Positions 38,511-54,086 of a stretch of DNA of 64,000 nt are shown here, one piece after another. Below the pieces are notes generated by a model. It saw only the letters and a program-made list of their open reading frames with translations, did no database searches and was not told where the DNA came from. How positions within the stretch are numbered: the first letter of the stretch is position 1; each line of letters starts with the position of its first letter. Origin of the DNA: Dictyostelium discoideum (taxonomy: Eukaryota); contig CM000152.2 in NCBI GenBank assembly GCA_000004695.1, forward strand, positions 2,688,001 through 2,752,000, read 5' to 3'. The translations under genes and the position numbers were made by a program.

Positions 38511-41071
38511 GTAATAATAAATCACCAATTATAAATTCACCAAATACAACATCACCAACAAATACCCAAATTGATTTTGATTCGCAATGGCATTATTCAT
38601 TAAAAGAAATGAAAAGATTTGAAATGGAAATATTATTACAAAGTATGTCAGGTGAATATAGGTGGTTTTTAGTTAGAGCCGAACCATATATTGAACCAAA
38701 TTTAGGTCATCCATCGTCACCATTACCTTCGATTATAAGTGCATGTGTTGATAATTGTGATATAATGACTGATGATAATAGTAGTGGTATTTTAATCAAT
38801 AATAATAATAATATTCAACAACCTTATTTAAATAATGATAATATATCAGGTGATAATGTAAATAATACACCAACATGTATTGATAACAATAATAATAATA
38901 TTGATGGTAGTAATAATAGTGTAAATTCAACAGGAACCGAACAATTGGATATTAAATGGATTGGTACATGTACAGATGTAAATGACCAAAAGACAGCACA
39001 AGATAGAATTGAGAATGCGGAGAAATCAAAAGCATTGTTTTTACAAACAATGTCACATGAAATGAGGACACCATTAGCAGGTATTATGGGTATTAATTCA
39101 TGGTTAAGTACATCATCACCACAATTGACTAGTGAACAATTGGATGGTTGCCATACTATTGATATGTGTGCCGAAGCATTGTTAGTATTAATTAATAATA
39201 TATTGGATCTAAGTAAATTGGAAGAGAATAAAATCATCCTAGAGGAAACTGAATTTTATCCAACTAAAATCGTTGAAGATTCAGTTGACATTTTATCATC
39301 ACAAGCTGAACAAAAGAAATTGGATATAATATTCCAATTGAAATATAATTGTTTATCTAAAGTAGTTGGTGACTTTTATAGAATTAGACAAGTTTTAACA
39401 AATTTAATTTCAAATTCTGTTAAATTTACACCAGCAAATGGTCAAATTATAGTTGGTTGTGAAATTTATCATGAAACAACACCATCAACTAGAAAACGTT
39501 CTTCATTGGATAGTATTGAAATTACAATACCTTGTAATCATAATAATAGTAATAATAGTAATAATAATCATAATCATAATAATAATAATAATAATAATAA
39601 TCATCTTAATTGCAGTGGTAGTTTTAATAATAATGGTTTTAATCATGGACATCATCATCATCATCACCACCACCATCATCACCACCATCATCATGATAAA
39701 CATTGTGATCAAAAAATAATTGTACCTGGCAAATATGGTAAATTATTATTTTGGGTAATTGATAATGGTATTGGTATACCGGAAGAAGGTAGAGAGAAAT
39801 TGTTTCAAACATTTTCCCAATATGATGCATCAACCACTCGAAAATATGGTGGTAGTGGTTTGGGTTTAGCAATTTCAAAAAGATTAACTCAATTACTTGG
39901 TGGTGATATTTGGTTTGAATCTCAAAAAGGTAAAGGTTCATCTTTCCATTTCTTAGTTGAAGTTTTCTTTCCAGATTATCCAACTATTTATAATCAACAA
40001 TTACAACAACAGCAACAACAACCAAATCTTCCTCATCAATTTAATATTGGTACATCAGCACCACAACCTATAGACAGTATATTAACATCATATAGTTCAA
40101 ACAATAGTAATAATAATATTAATAATAATAATATTACCACTTCTGTAATTTCACAATCACCCATAGTCGATAAATCAAATCTTTGTACATATATATTTTT
40201 ACTATCAACTAATCAAGTATTAGTAAATTCTTTATCACAATGGATAAATGAATGGATTGGAAATGCTACCAATAATAATAATAGTAATAATGATAACAAT
40301 AATAATAACACAACTTCTACAACTACCACAACTACAACTACAACAGCAACAATTAATACAAATATTAATCAACAAGTTAAAATATTATATGATATTGATT
40401 CAATTGAACAAATTTCAAATAGTGCAATACAAAGTGGAAAAAGATTAGATTTCCTTTTCCTTATTGAGGATACATTTTGGAATAATTATTCTGATAAAAT
40501 TTCAAATTCTCAAGAAATAATTGAATCTTTAATTAATCAAAATTATCAACAACAACAACAACAACAACAAGAACAAAGACAACAACATAATATTAAAAAT
40601 GTTATTTTAAGTTTTTCAAATTCAGCACAAATCTATGGAAATTCAATTATTTTGAAAAAACCTATAAAGTATTCCCCATTAAAAGATTGTATCTATACGA
40701 ATTTATTATACTTTAAATCAATTTATAGTGTTAATTCATTCGATGTAATAATTGCTACTCAAATGTCTTCTTCAGTTTCACCTTCTTCTTTATCATCCTC
40801 TCCTTCAATCCAAGGTTTAACAAATTCATCTTTAAGTATTAATAATATTAATATTAGTGGTAATAATAGTAACAACAATATCAATAATAATAATAATAAT
40901 AGTGGTAGTTCAACACCTAAAAAACTTAAAAAATCAAACTCTGATCAGTCAATACATTTCTCTCCAAGTTTAACTTCTTCATCATTACCAAGTCTAGATT
41001 TAAACAACAATAACAATATTAATAATAATAATAATATTAATAATAACAATAATATTAATAATAATAATAAC

Positions 41072-41116
<45 letters not shown>

Positions 41117-42226
41117 TTAAATCATTATAATAGTGATTCAATATTATCATCAGATTTATCACCACAACAACATCAATATCATCATCCAAATCCATTATTA
41201 GCAAATTATCAAAAGAAAAGAAGGAATTCCGTTGTAAATGATACAGATATACCATTGGAAATGACAGGAATAAGGTATCCTTTGAAAATTATGGTAGCTG
41301 AAGATAGTTTAGTTAATCAAAAAGTTGCATGTAGATTCCTCACTAAATTGGGTTACAAAAAAGAAGAGATCATTTTCGTTGTAAATGGTCAACAAGCCAT
41401 TGATCACATTGAAAATGTTGAAATGGTTGATGTAATTTTAATGGATATGCAAATGCCTGAAGTAGACGTATGTGTTTTTTTTCTATTTATTTTTTATTTT
41501 TTATTTTTTATTTTTTTTTTCGTTCTCACTTTCTATCCTTCTTTCAAATTTTTATTATTATTATTCTCTCCATTTTCTCTTTTTTTTTTTTTATTTTTTT
41601 TTATTTTTTTTTATTTTTATTTTATCTATCTTTTTTTTTTTTTTTTTTTTTTTGTAAAATCTAGATTTACATTCTCATTTTCCAAAAAAAAAAAAATAAA
41701 TAAACAAAATAAATAAATAAATTAATTAATTTATAATAACAAACAAACTATTATTTATTGTAGGGGTGCGAGGCTACGACTAGGATAAGGATGAGATATC
41801 CAACTACAGGTCCTCACATTATTGGGCTAACAGCAAATGCTTTCAATGAAGATAAAGATAAATGTTTATTGAGTGGAATGTGTCATGTAAGTTTTTTTTT
41901 TTTATTTTAATATTTTTATTGTTATTATTTTCCATTTCATATAATAACACCTTTGTGTGGCTCGAGTTTTTCCAATGGTTTGGATTTTTCCCCCATCCAA
42001 ATTCGTATTCGTCAAAAAAAAAAAAAAAAGAAATCAGCCAAAATCTGAAGATATTTTATTAATATTTTAAAAATTTTTTTTTTTCTTTTATTTTTTATTT
42101 TCCATTCCTTCTTTTTTTTTAATGTTAAAGTATCTTGCAAAGCCAGTAAAAATGGATATTCTAGCGGTTGAGTTAAAACGAGCGTGGTTGATCAGAAACA
42201 AGTTCAGAGTGTGTTTATGTGCAGTT

Positions 42227-42232
<6 letters not shown>
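37463..42232 (+). CDS. Hybrid sensor histidine kinase (PAS-HisKA-HATPase_c-receiver), 4 exons: join(37463..37742,37836..41467,41764..41886,42131..42232).
   Basis: H box MSHEMRTPLAGIMG. N/G1/G2 boxes (VIDNGIGIP, GGSGLGLAISKRL). Receiver KIMVAEDSLVNQ...DVILMDMQMPEVDG...LAKPV split by two introns. PAS-like WVTDNHGKIEFVNRQW. His15 and poly-N tracts. Confidence 0.85.
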
Positions 42233-42277
<45 letters not shown>

Positions 42278-43147
42278 TTTCAATAATTAAAGCGACCCCT
42301 TCGGCCAATTAACCAATACCTATTATTTATTTTATTTATTAATCAATCAACACTATTCAGATATATTCACAAAAACACAAAAAAAAAAAAAAAAAACACA
42401 AAAAAAAAAAAAAAAAAAAAAACTTTCCAAACTCCATAAAAATTGAACATTACCAAATAATTGTATATGATCCTATAAAATAAAATATAAATGAAATTTC
42501 TTTATTTACCCACTTAATATTTATGGTTTTTTTTTATTTATTTTTTTTTATTTTTATGTATATTTTTTTTTTTTTTTATCGTTAACACGAAGAAAATAAT
42601 ATTAATTTTGAAAAATTATTTTGATTAACTAATTATTTTTTTTTTACTTTTATTCTTATTTTATATTGAGTTTCTTTTAAAAAACGACTTCCTATCTTTG
42701 ATTGAGATTAAAAAAAAAAAAAAAAAAAGAATAATATTTCCTGATTTTCAAATGGCGACGGGGTATGTAAAAAAAAAAATAAAAAAAAAAATAAAAAAAA
42801 AAGAAAAAAAAAAAATTTGGATTTAAATAATATTAGAGTTGAGAATATGATTTTAAAAGCTTCAATTGAAAGGATTTTTTTTTTTTTTTTTTTTTCATTT
42901 GTGTATTTTTTATTTTTCCTCCCATACGTATATACTGGTATTATATTAAAAAAAAAAAAAAAATTATTTTAAAAAAAAAAAAGTGAATACTTATATTATT
43001 AGCCTGTAAAACTAAAAAAAATATTTGTACATATAAATATTTGTAAAAATAAATAATTTCAAAATTGTTTTTTTGTTTTCACCAAAAAGGTAGGTCAATT
43101 CAAGGGTGTAATTATTATTTCTTTTTTTTTATAAATGGAAATGTGTG

Positions 43148-43200
<53 letters not shown>

Positions 43201-43550
43201 TAAAATTATGTTTTTAATTTGTTGTTGTTAATTTAAATTAAAGTATATATTATGTAATGTTTTAAGAGGATTAAAATGAAAAAATCCTAAAAAAAGGAGT
43301 ATTAACAAGGAAAAAAAAATAATAATAAGAATAATTAAAAAAAAAAAAAAAAAAACATGATGTCACTGACAAATCTATATACATTTTTATAATAATATGG
43401 AAATTGTTAGGTTTTGTTGCATCATTACATAAAATCAATAATTGCACTTTCCAAATAAATATTCAATATTTTATTTAATTAATTAAATAAAAAAAATTTT
43501 ATAATAAATTTAATTGTTTTTTATTTTTAATTGTTTTTTTTTAATTTTTA

Positions 43551-43602
<52 letters not shown>

Positions 43603-44720
43603 TTTTTTTTTTTATTTTATTTTATTTTATTTTTTTTTTTTTTTTTTTTTTTGCCTCTATTAATTCAGGTTATAATCCTTTTGTACTTTGTTTTTTTTTA
43701 TTTTTTATTTTTTTATTTTTTTTAACTTTAAATTATTTTAAATATCTCAAAAAAAAATAAAAAGGTAATAAAAAATAGTTTTTTTTTTAATATTTATTTT
43801 TATTGATTATTTTTTATATATATTTATAAATTTATTCCATTTTTATTCTCCATCCTCATAGAATCCAGTAATCGTGTTATTGGAAGTAAAAAAAAGAATA
43901 TGACACATTCTATCACCATTATCACACAATATTATTTCAAAATGAAAATCAACAAGTTAACTTAACTCACACACCGGATTAAACCAACATAAAAATTATT
44001 AATTTAAATAAAAAAAAAAAAAAAACCGGTTATAATTATTGTTGTTTCAATATCATTGTTATGTTACCACTACTTTTTTTTTTTTTTTTTTTTTTTTTTA
44101 TTATTTTTTTTACTCTTTTTTTAATTTATTTTTTTATTTATTTATTTATTTTTACCCCACAATTTTCAACACCCCCATTATTATAATAAAATTATTATTA
44201 ATTAATTAGACTCCCAATCACATTTAAAGTACTCATTATTTTTTTTTTTTATAAAAAAAAAAATAAAAATTTTAATTAAATAAAAATAAAAATAAAAAAA
44301 AGAAGTTATTTTTTGTTTATGAATAGCCCCACCATTTTTTTATTTTTATGGCGTTATTATTTTATTGTTATTGTAGATTTTTCACACAGTGGTTTCTTGA
44401 TATCCTAATTCTTTTAATTTTGCCTTGTTTTTTAATTTTTAGATTTTTTATTTTTATTTTTTATTTTTTTAATTTTTTTAAATTAAAATTTTTTTTTTTT
44501 CTCTCTAATATCGCACCACTACAATCTTTTTTTATGGTAGTAATGTGTGACATCGCTGCAAATATCTTAAATAATTATTTGGCAAATAATTGTTATTGTA
44601 AAATAGCAATATAATAATAACAATAACATGTATTGGATACTTGTTTTTACAACTCCTAACCACCATCACCACAGTGGTACGATTTGAATTAAATAAATTA
44701 ATGTATCGTAACAATTAGAG

Positions 44721-44777
<57 letters not shown>

Positions 44778-45199
44778 ATAATAATATTAATAATAATTAA
44801 TAATTGTAGTGATATATGGTAACATAAATTAAATTTTATTTTATTTTATAAAAAATTTTATTAAATTTTATTTTATTTTTTAAAATTTTATTATTTAATT
44901 TTTTATTTTTTTTTTTGCCATATTATTTTTGATAGTAAAATTTAAATTTCAACAGAATATCATTTTGCATGTGATTTTGGGTTTAAGATCGAGATTGTTA
45001 CTTGGATCACTAAAATAAGGGCCTTCATTTAAAGAAAAAAAAAAAAAAAAAAAAACTGGTCAATCTATATATATGTATTGTATAATTTCCTTAAAATAAC
45101 TCTCAATAATTATAATTCCACTCACTTGTGCAAAACCCACAAACCACACTCACCCACAAAAAAAAAAACCCCACCAACACTCAAAGCAATAAATTCACA

Positions 45200-45245
<46 letters not shown>

Positions 45246-45497
45246 GAAAATTACAAGCCAAACTACACCACATCAACATGTTGACGATTTTAAACTAATA
45301 GCATGCTTATATGAAAGAGCTGTGCGATAATTAGTTTAAATGAGTGTTCATTTAAAAAAAAAAAAAAAAAAATAATTTATGTATAAAATTAATAAAAGAT
45401 GTGGTTAAAAAAAAAATATATGGTAACGCAACATCACACCCAAATCAAAATTCAAATTTTGTTGTGTGCTGTGTGCATACTTTAAATATTTTTTTAT

Positions 45498-45540
<43 letters not shown>

Positions 45541-46596
45541 ATATATTTTTTCTTTTTTAATTTGATTTTTCTTTTTTTTTTTTTTTTTTATTAAATTTTA
45601 CATTATGATAATTAAAACACTCACACCCAATGCATTAAAAAAGAAAAAAATCAAATATAATAATAAATAAATAAAAATTGAAAATATTTACATACTTAAC
45701 ACTCAACACTTTCTCATAAAAACAGAAATATTTCCTTTTTTTTTTTTTTTTTAATTTCCTTCGAAATATTTAATATCAGAATAATATCTTTTTTTTTTTA
45801 TTTTTTATTTTTATTGTTTTTTTTTAAAAAAAAATTCATCGCCTATTATTGCCACTATTATTCTTAGAAGGAGTGTTTTTTGCCCAATAATTAAATAAAA
45901 TTTTATGTACGACATCATTAAATAAAAAAATAAAAAAAAGAATTTTGTTTATTTTTTGATATACTTTTTTTTTTTTTTAATCTATTTTTAAATTCATTTT
46001 CCCATCACCCGAAATTGGAATTTTAAATTGTTATTTTTGTATATTTTCCATTTTATTTTTATTATTATTATTTTTATTTTTTTTTTTTTTTTTTTTTTTT
46101 AAATCGGTTCATTGACAAAAATATTTTATTAACCCAATTTTAAAATTGGAATTTTTTTTTTTTCAAAAAACTTTTAAATTTAGATCAACACGAAAGCAAA
46201 AAACTCTTTGCCAACTTAAAATCAAGAATCTCAAATAAAAAAAAAAATCGCTATTTTTCAACTTGTCACAAAGAATTTCTGGCTTTATCAAATTAATTTA
46301 ATTATTGTCAATCTCCATTCAAATAATTAACCGGTTGTGGTGTGTGGTGGTGTTATTTTTGCAATTTTTTTTAGTATCTTCTTTTGAATTTTTTTTTTTT
46401 TTTTTTTAAATTTTTTTTTTTTTTTTTATTTTTTTATTTTTTAATTAATTAGTATCGGAATTGTGGTATTTAAAAAAAATAAAAAATTATTTTTTTTTTT
46501 TTTTTAATTCCAATCAAATTTAAATCTTCTCATAATTAATCTAAAAAATCACAAAAAAGGTTTTTATATCACGATAAAAAAAAAAAAAAAAAAAAG

Positions 46597-46763
46597 ATGG
46601 CAAATTTTTTAATATATGATGGAGCTTCAACTTATAATCCATTTGATTATGAATATCCAATTAATAAAATAAATAATAACCCAAAAACATTTAAATTTCC
46701 TCCAAAACATTCAGGTAAGTTTATTTTTTAATATTTTTTTTTTTTTTTTTTATACATCTTACT

Positions 46764-46794
<31 letters not shown>

Positions 46795-47049
46795 CCTCTT
46801 TTAGTTTGTCTACCACAAAAAGATCATTTCATTGTTGAAAGACAATTGGCATTAGAAACAAAACAATATACATATAATTTCGAACATAATGTTAGAGTAG
46901 CCGGATTTGATACCCCAGTGGTTGGTTTACCACCATGTTTCAAATATATGGCACCAACATATGAATTACCAAAATGCGAACAATTAATGAATCCAAGTTT
47001 TGCTGCACATGGATTTAGTTTATTATTTTCAGATGTAATTATTTTTATA

Positions 47050-47093
<44 letters not shown>

Positions 47094-48770
47094 ATTTATT
47101 TTTTTATTATTAATTTTTTTTTTTTTTTTTAAAAGTTTCAAGCAAAAATTAATAATTATTTAACAAATAAAAAAAGTGAATATTTTGGATCAGTATCAGA
47201 ATATTTAAAAATGATAATGTTACCAAATCCACCAAAATTAATAGAAAATCAAACAATTGAAAGTTTAAATAAATTTGAATGGTTAAATGATAAAGAATTT
47301 GGTAGACAAAGATTACAAGGTTTAAATGCTGGTCAATTAATTAGGTTAACAAATGAAAAAGTTCAAGAATTAGATCTTTTTAATAAATTAAAATTTGAAA
47401 AGATGTTACCAACATTTAATATGATTCTTTCTAGTGAAGTTAATAGTAATTTCCAAAAGATGCTTGACAATGGTAATTTGTATATGGTTGATTATTCAAT
47501 ATTTGATGATGTAAATTATTATGAATCTGCCAAGAAAAGAGGTCGTTACATTTCAAGTCCAATAGCATTATTCTATATCAATGAAAATGATGAAAAACTA
47601 TATCCACTTTGTATAAAGATTTTACAAAACGATGAATTGTCACCAGTGTTTACACCTGCTTCCAATCCACCAGAATCTTGGATATTTGCTAAACTTTGGT
47701 TCCAATCTGCTGATGGTCAACATATGGAATTCTTTACTCATCTTTACGAATGTCATTTATTAGGTGAAGTTTTCACAATTGCGACCCATCGTCAACTTTC
47801 AACTTCTCATCCAATCTATCAATTGTTACATCCTCATTTCGATCTTTTACTTGATATAAATCATAGAGCAAGAGGTAATTTACTTTCAAGTTTTGGTCCA
47901 ATTGAATCTTTATTAGGTGGTGGTTCAATTGCTGCACTTCATTTAATTGTAAAATATCATAAAAATTTCATTTGGAGAGATAATACATTTTTAAATAGGT
48001 AATTATTTTTTAAATATATATATAAATATATTAAAAAAATTATATTAAATAAATAATATTAATATTTTTTTATTTTATTTTTAAATTTTAGATTAAAAAA
48101 AAATAATACATTAAATGATAATAAAAATCGAAAATATTATTTTAAAGAAGATGGTATTGAAATTTATAAAAATTTATTTGGATTTGTTCAAGATGTATTA
48201 TCTAAATTTTATACTAGTAAAGAAGATATTGAAAGAGATTTTGAATTACATTCATGGGTTGATGAAATAACAAGCGAACATGGTGGCACAATTAAAGGAT
48301 TAATTGAAGGTGAAAAATTAGTTGAACTAACTCAAGTGGTTGAATTAGTTACCGATATAATATTTCGTGTAACTGTTGAACATTCAATTGGTAATCATGG
48401 TCAATGGGATATGTTTGGTTTTACCCCAAATGTACCAGGCGCTCTCTATATGGATCCTCATAAAATCATTGAAGGTATACCAACAACATTTGAAATGATC
48501 ATAAATTCATTACCACCAAAGAAAGAAACTCAGGATCAAATTGCAATCACTCATCTTTTAGCAAATACTGATACTGGTTTACCAACTTTTATCTCTACAA
48601 TTTATGAATTTGAAAAAGATCAATCAGCTCCAAATTTTAAAGATATTTGTTCCTCCTATAGATCGAAAATGGAGCATTTATCAACAATTATCGAAAATCG
48701 TAACAAAAATGTAAATATGCCATACTCTTATATGGATCCTTCAAAAATTTGTGGTTCAATTTATATTTAA
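46597..48770 (+). CDS. Lipoxygenase-family protein with no PLAT domain, about 629 aa, 4 exons: join(46597..46714,46805..47034,47136..47998,48092..48770).
   Basis: EWLNDKEFGRQRLQGLNAGQLIRL (W..D..F..Q.L.G.N motif). FFTHLYECHLLGEVFTIATHRQLSTSHPIYQLLHPHFDLLLDINHRARGNLLS (LOX iron-ligand histidine helix signature). C-terminal ...CGSIYI (C-terminal Ile iron ligand). Confidence 0.8.
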
Positions 48771-48786
48771 ATAATTCTTTTTAATT

Positions 48787-48821
<35 letters not shown>

Positions 48822-48998
48822 TTTAGAAGAAAAAAAAAAAAAGAAAAAAAAAAAAAGAAAAAAAAAAAAAGAAAAAAAAAAAAATACAAGTACTATTACT
48901 TTTTATATATTATTTATAACTAAAAAAAAAAAATATTAATAAAAAAGTGGATCCATAAAATTTTAAAATTTTTTTTAAATTAAAAAAGAACCATTATT

Positions 48999-49031
<33 letters not shown>

Positions 49032-49039
<8 letters not shown>

Positions 49040-51021
49040 AAGATTTTCTTAAAACTTTATATAAGAAATAAATTACAATTATTGTTGTAAATGAAATTGA
49101 AATAAATTCAGATAATAGAAAAGTTGATTTTTCACATTCTAAATAAGAATGTTTTGATGAATGAATTTTATGTATTACACTACTGATATTCATTGCAAGA
49201 TCAGAGAGTTGATTAATTCTATCATAGGCTTTAGAGTATTGATGAAGTTGTAAATTTGAATTGATTTGTGTTATCGTTGAATTAATACTCTTAAAGAAGG
49301 AATCGATTGATCTTACACTTGGATTATCGATTGAGTGAGTGAATTCTTCCCAAGTTTCATCATCACCAATATGATCCATTATACTCTTTAATGAATCAAT
49401 TGATGAAATTATATCAAAGTATAAATAATTTCTAATTGCTGAATCAGTTTGAGAGAATGATAAATCCTTTAAATTTGTAAACATATTACTTGGGTTATAT
49501 CCAATATTCCAAATGAAATTATTTTCAATTTGTTTGGAATTTTCATTAACAACTAAACTATTTGAACCAACCCCCCAAATTGTCATTAATAATGATTGTA
49601 ATATTGGTTTAGTTGCATCCATTGGATTAATTCCTAATTGTTTATCACATTGATAATCAATTTTCATTAATCCTGATTGAGTTTGAATACCAATTACCAT
49701 ATCAGGGAATGATACTGCCTTTTATTTTTTTTATAAAAAAAAAAAAAAAAAAAATTAATTTTAATTAATATATATATTTAAATTTAAAAAAAAAAAAAAA
49801 TTTAAAACTTACTTGATAATATCTATCTAATAATAATAATTCTTTATAAGAAATATCAAATAAAAAGATTGGAATAATTGTTTTTGAAGAATCATCTAAA
49901 TAAGATGGTATAAATTTTTGAATATGAACTTTAAACCAATGATGAAGTTCTTTTGAATCTAAAAATTGTTGAGTACCTTTTAATACTGAATGATGAGTTT
50001 TCAATGATGATTGTTTAATTTGAGCTGCATATAAATTATTTAATAATGATACTTCCCTCTTTGAAAATGTTATTCTTTGATTTGGTAATAATGGCATTTT
50101 CTCTCCTAATTGTTCCTTTATTGATTCCCAATCAAATTGTTCTGAAACTTCTAATTGTCCAACTAAATGATCATGTATCATAATTAATTGAATTTCTAAA
50201 TCAATCCAACCATATTTCTCTGGTATTTCATAAATTGGTGGTGATATTAATTGTCTAATTGTATGATAAAAAAATGTTGATATATCATATAATTTCTTTA
50301 AAAATAAAAAACAATAATAATAATAATAATGTTAATATATTTGTGAAGTATCTATGAATTATTTATTTATAAAAATATATACTTTTGTAAATCTTGAATT
50401 TGTATGTGGTAATTGTTGATTTGAAATTAAACCAGTACCCTTTGTTTGTGGACCATATGTACAAGTTTCAGCACCAATATCAATCCAAACATATCTACCA
50501 CTACCATCATTTGAATTATTTGGATTATTTGGTGATTCTGATTTTGATTGCCATAATTTAACATTACATAAATGGTCAACTACATTAATTCCATCTCTAT
50601 GTAATGTATTTATAGTTGTTGAATTCAATTGAGAATATGTATATTTTTCAATTGAATCTTCTCTATCATAAATTGTATTTATAATGTATACAACATATGA
50701 GATATGATTTTGTTGTTTATAATCTTGTGCTATAATATTATCAACTATATCGAATGGAACTAAATATTCATCCTGCTTTAAAGTGCTCCTATGTTGAAAT
50801 TCTGATATATACTTTTTAACTGATGCTTTAATCTCTTCATTTAAATTATGTGATCCTTCTGTTATATTAAATTTATGATTTTGTTTAATTAAATCAATAG
50901 TTTGTAATTTCTAAAAAAAAAATAAAAATAAAAATAAAAATTAGAGGTTTATTTTATATAAATTTTATTGTTGATTATAATAAAAATAATAATATAATAA
51001 TTAAAAATATTAATAATAATA

Positions 51022-51089
<68 letters not shown>

Positions 51090-51323
51090 GCTTACAGGAT
51101 ATAAAATAGTTGGGCTATAATCTTTATTTAATTTATTTAATAATATTTTTAATTCATCTTGTTCAAGTGAATCAAAACCAATTAATCTAACATCGATGTT
51201 GGTTGTATGTTGAATTTTGAAAAGTTGATCAAATAAACCATTTGAGTGTACTATATTTACAAGTAGAAAATGTAAAATAAATAAATATAGTATTAGATTT
51301 TTTGATACATTTTTAATTTTCAT
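49032..51323 (-). CDS. Type I membrane glycoprotein of unknown function (signal peptide plus C-terminal TM), 4 exons: complement(join(49032..49718,49813..50295,50383..50910,51096..51323)), about 641 aa.
   Basis: N-terminal MKIKNVSKNLILYLFILHFLLVNIVHS signal. C-terminal FLLSEFISISFTTIIVIYFLY helix. Frame-consistent GTAAGC/GTATAT/GTAAGT...AG introns. Confidence 0.55.
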
Positions 51324-51607
51324 TATTATATATTGGGTTTTTTTTTTTTTTTTTTTTTGATCAAAAAAAAGTGTGAACAGTAATGAAAATTAAATTGGAT
51401 AAAAAAAAAAAAAAAAGAAAAAAAAAAAAAAAAAAAAAATTTTGACCACAAAAAAAAAAAATAAAAAAAACAAAAACCAAAATTAAAAAATAGAAAACTT
51501 TATATTTTTATTTGATATATTTAAATAAATCATCAAAATATAATCATAATTTTTATATAATTAAAACAATATTTAATATATTTTTTTCATTAAATTAAAT
51601 GGGAGGA

Positions 51608-51772
51608 GGTAAGTGGAGGTGCGTAATACGCAACGACCACAGCTACCACAAATTGGTCAATTGAATTCTCGTAATTGAGAATCATACACAAACCAAACCG
51701 GTGTGCAATGGTCTGAAATTCATGCAATTAATATGCCTTTGTGATCACATATTAATATTGACAGGTAAGTAT
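51608..51772 (-). ncRNA. U1 spliceosomal snRNA.
   Basis: Gene-strand sequence ATACTTACCTG... (U1 5' end complementary to 5' splice sites). GATCACAAAGG (stem-loop I, U1-70K loop). CATTGCACACCGG (U1A loop). Sm site AATTTGTGG. Terminal stem-loop. 3' end approximate. Confidence 0.85.
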
Positions 51773-51827
51773 GAATTGTTAAGTTAAAAAGTTTTCATTC
51801 ATAAATTGATCACTTTTTCAATTAGAT

Positions 51828-51835
51828 TTATGGGT
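51828..51835 (-). promoter_or_regulatory. DUSE (ACCCATAA), about 60 bp upstream of the U1 snRNA start.
   Basis: Plus-strand ttatgggt is ACCCATAA on the U1 strand, at -56 to -63. The DUSE consensus [AT]CCCA[CT]AA is the known Dictyostelium ncRNA upstream element. Confidence 0.7.
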
Positions 51836-52247
51836 TAAAAAAAATTAAAAAAAAAATTTTTATTTAAAAAAAAAAAAAAAATATAAAAAAATAAAAAAAA
51901 AATTTAATTTCAGAAATGGAAAATGTTTCTTTTTTTTTTTAACAGTTTTGTTTGAACCAGTTATTTTAATAATAAAAAAAAAAATTAACATAAATTGTTT
52001 TTTTTTTATTTTATTTTTTTTTTTTTCAACAAAACTAAATTTTAATAAAAATGTAAATTGCCAACATTAAACAATGATGATTTAATTTAATTTTTTTATT
52101 TTTTTTATTATTTTTTTTATTTTTTTTTTTATTTTTTTTTATTTTTTATTTTTTTTTTTTTTTTTTAAACTGGTTTGATGATCAAAATTTTTTTTTTTTT
52201 TTTTTTTTTCTTTTTTCATCTCGTATTTTAATTTACACAACAATAAA

Positions 52248-53470
<1,223 letters not shown>

Positions 53471-53740
53471 ATAGTTCAATAAACAACAATTAATATAGGT
53501 TTTTAAAAATATAAAATATATATATTCTTAATGTTTTTTTCTTTTTATATTTTATTATTATTATTATTTTTATTTTTTATTTTTATTTATTTTAAAAATT
53601 TAAAAAAAACCATAGGTAATTATTATAATATATTGAAGGAGAAGAGGAAAAAATATAATAAAATTTATTATAAATTGATTGTGTGGAAATAAAATATTTA
53701 CAAATTCATTGAGATTTTAATAATCCAATTATTAAATTCA

Positions 53741-54051
53741 TTATTGAGAATTTAATAATTCTATTACACTCAAAGAGTTTTCAATATGTGATGAATGGGA
53801 TAACCAGGAAGTATGATGATTTAAAGCAATCTTGCCGTTTTTATCAATAACAAATGTTACCCTACCAGGAAGTAGACCATTTACTCCATATAGCTTCCCA
53901 ATCGCTCCGTTTTTATCTGATAATATAGTATAGTTGACTCTATGAGCAGCATGAAATTTTTTATGATTATCCATTGTGTTTGGACTATTGCCAGGTACAT
54001 ATTTTTTTTTTTTAAAAAAAAAAAAAAGAAAATTAATAAATCTATTTTAAA

Positions 54052-54086
<35 letters not shown>

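Noticed and set aside
51611-51775. Two perfect GGTAAGT 5' splice-site-like sequences on the plus strand, suggesting exons or a tiny ORF upstream of ndkM.
   Set aside because: They are the antisense of the U1 snRNA 5' end and terminal region. A complete U1 is readable on the minus strand.
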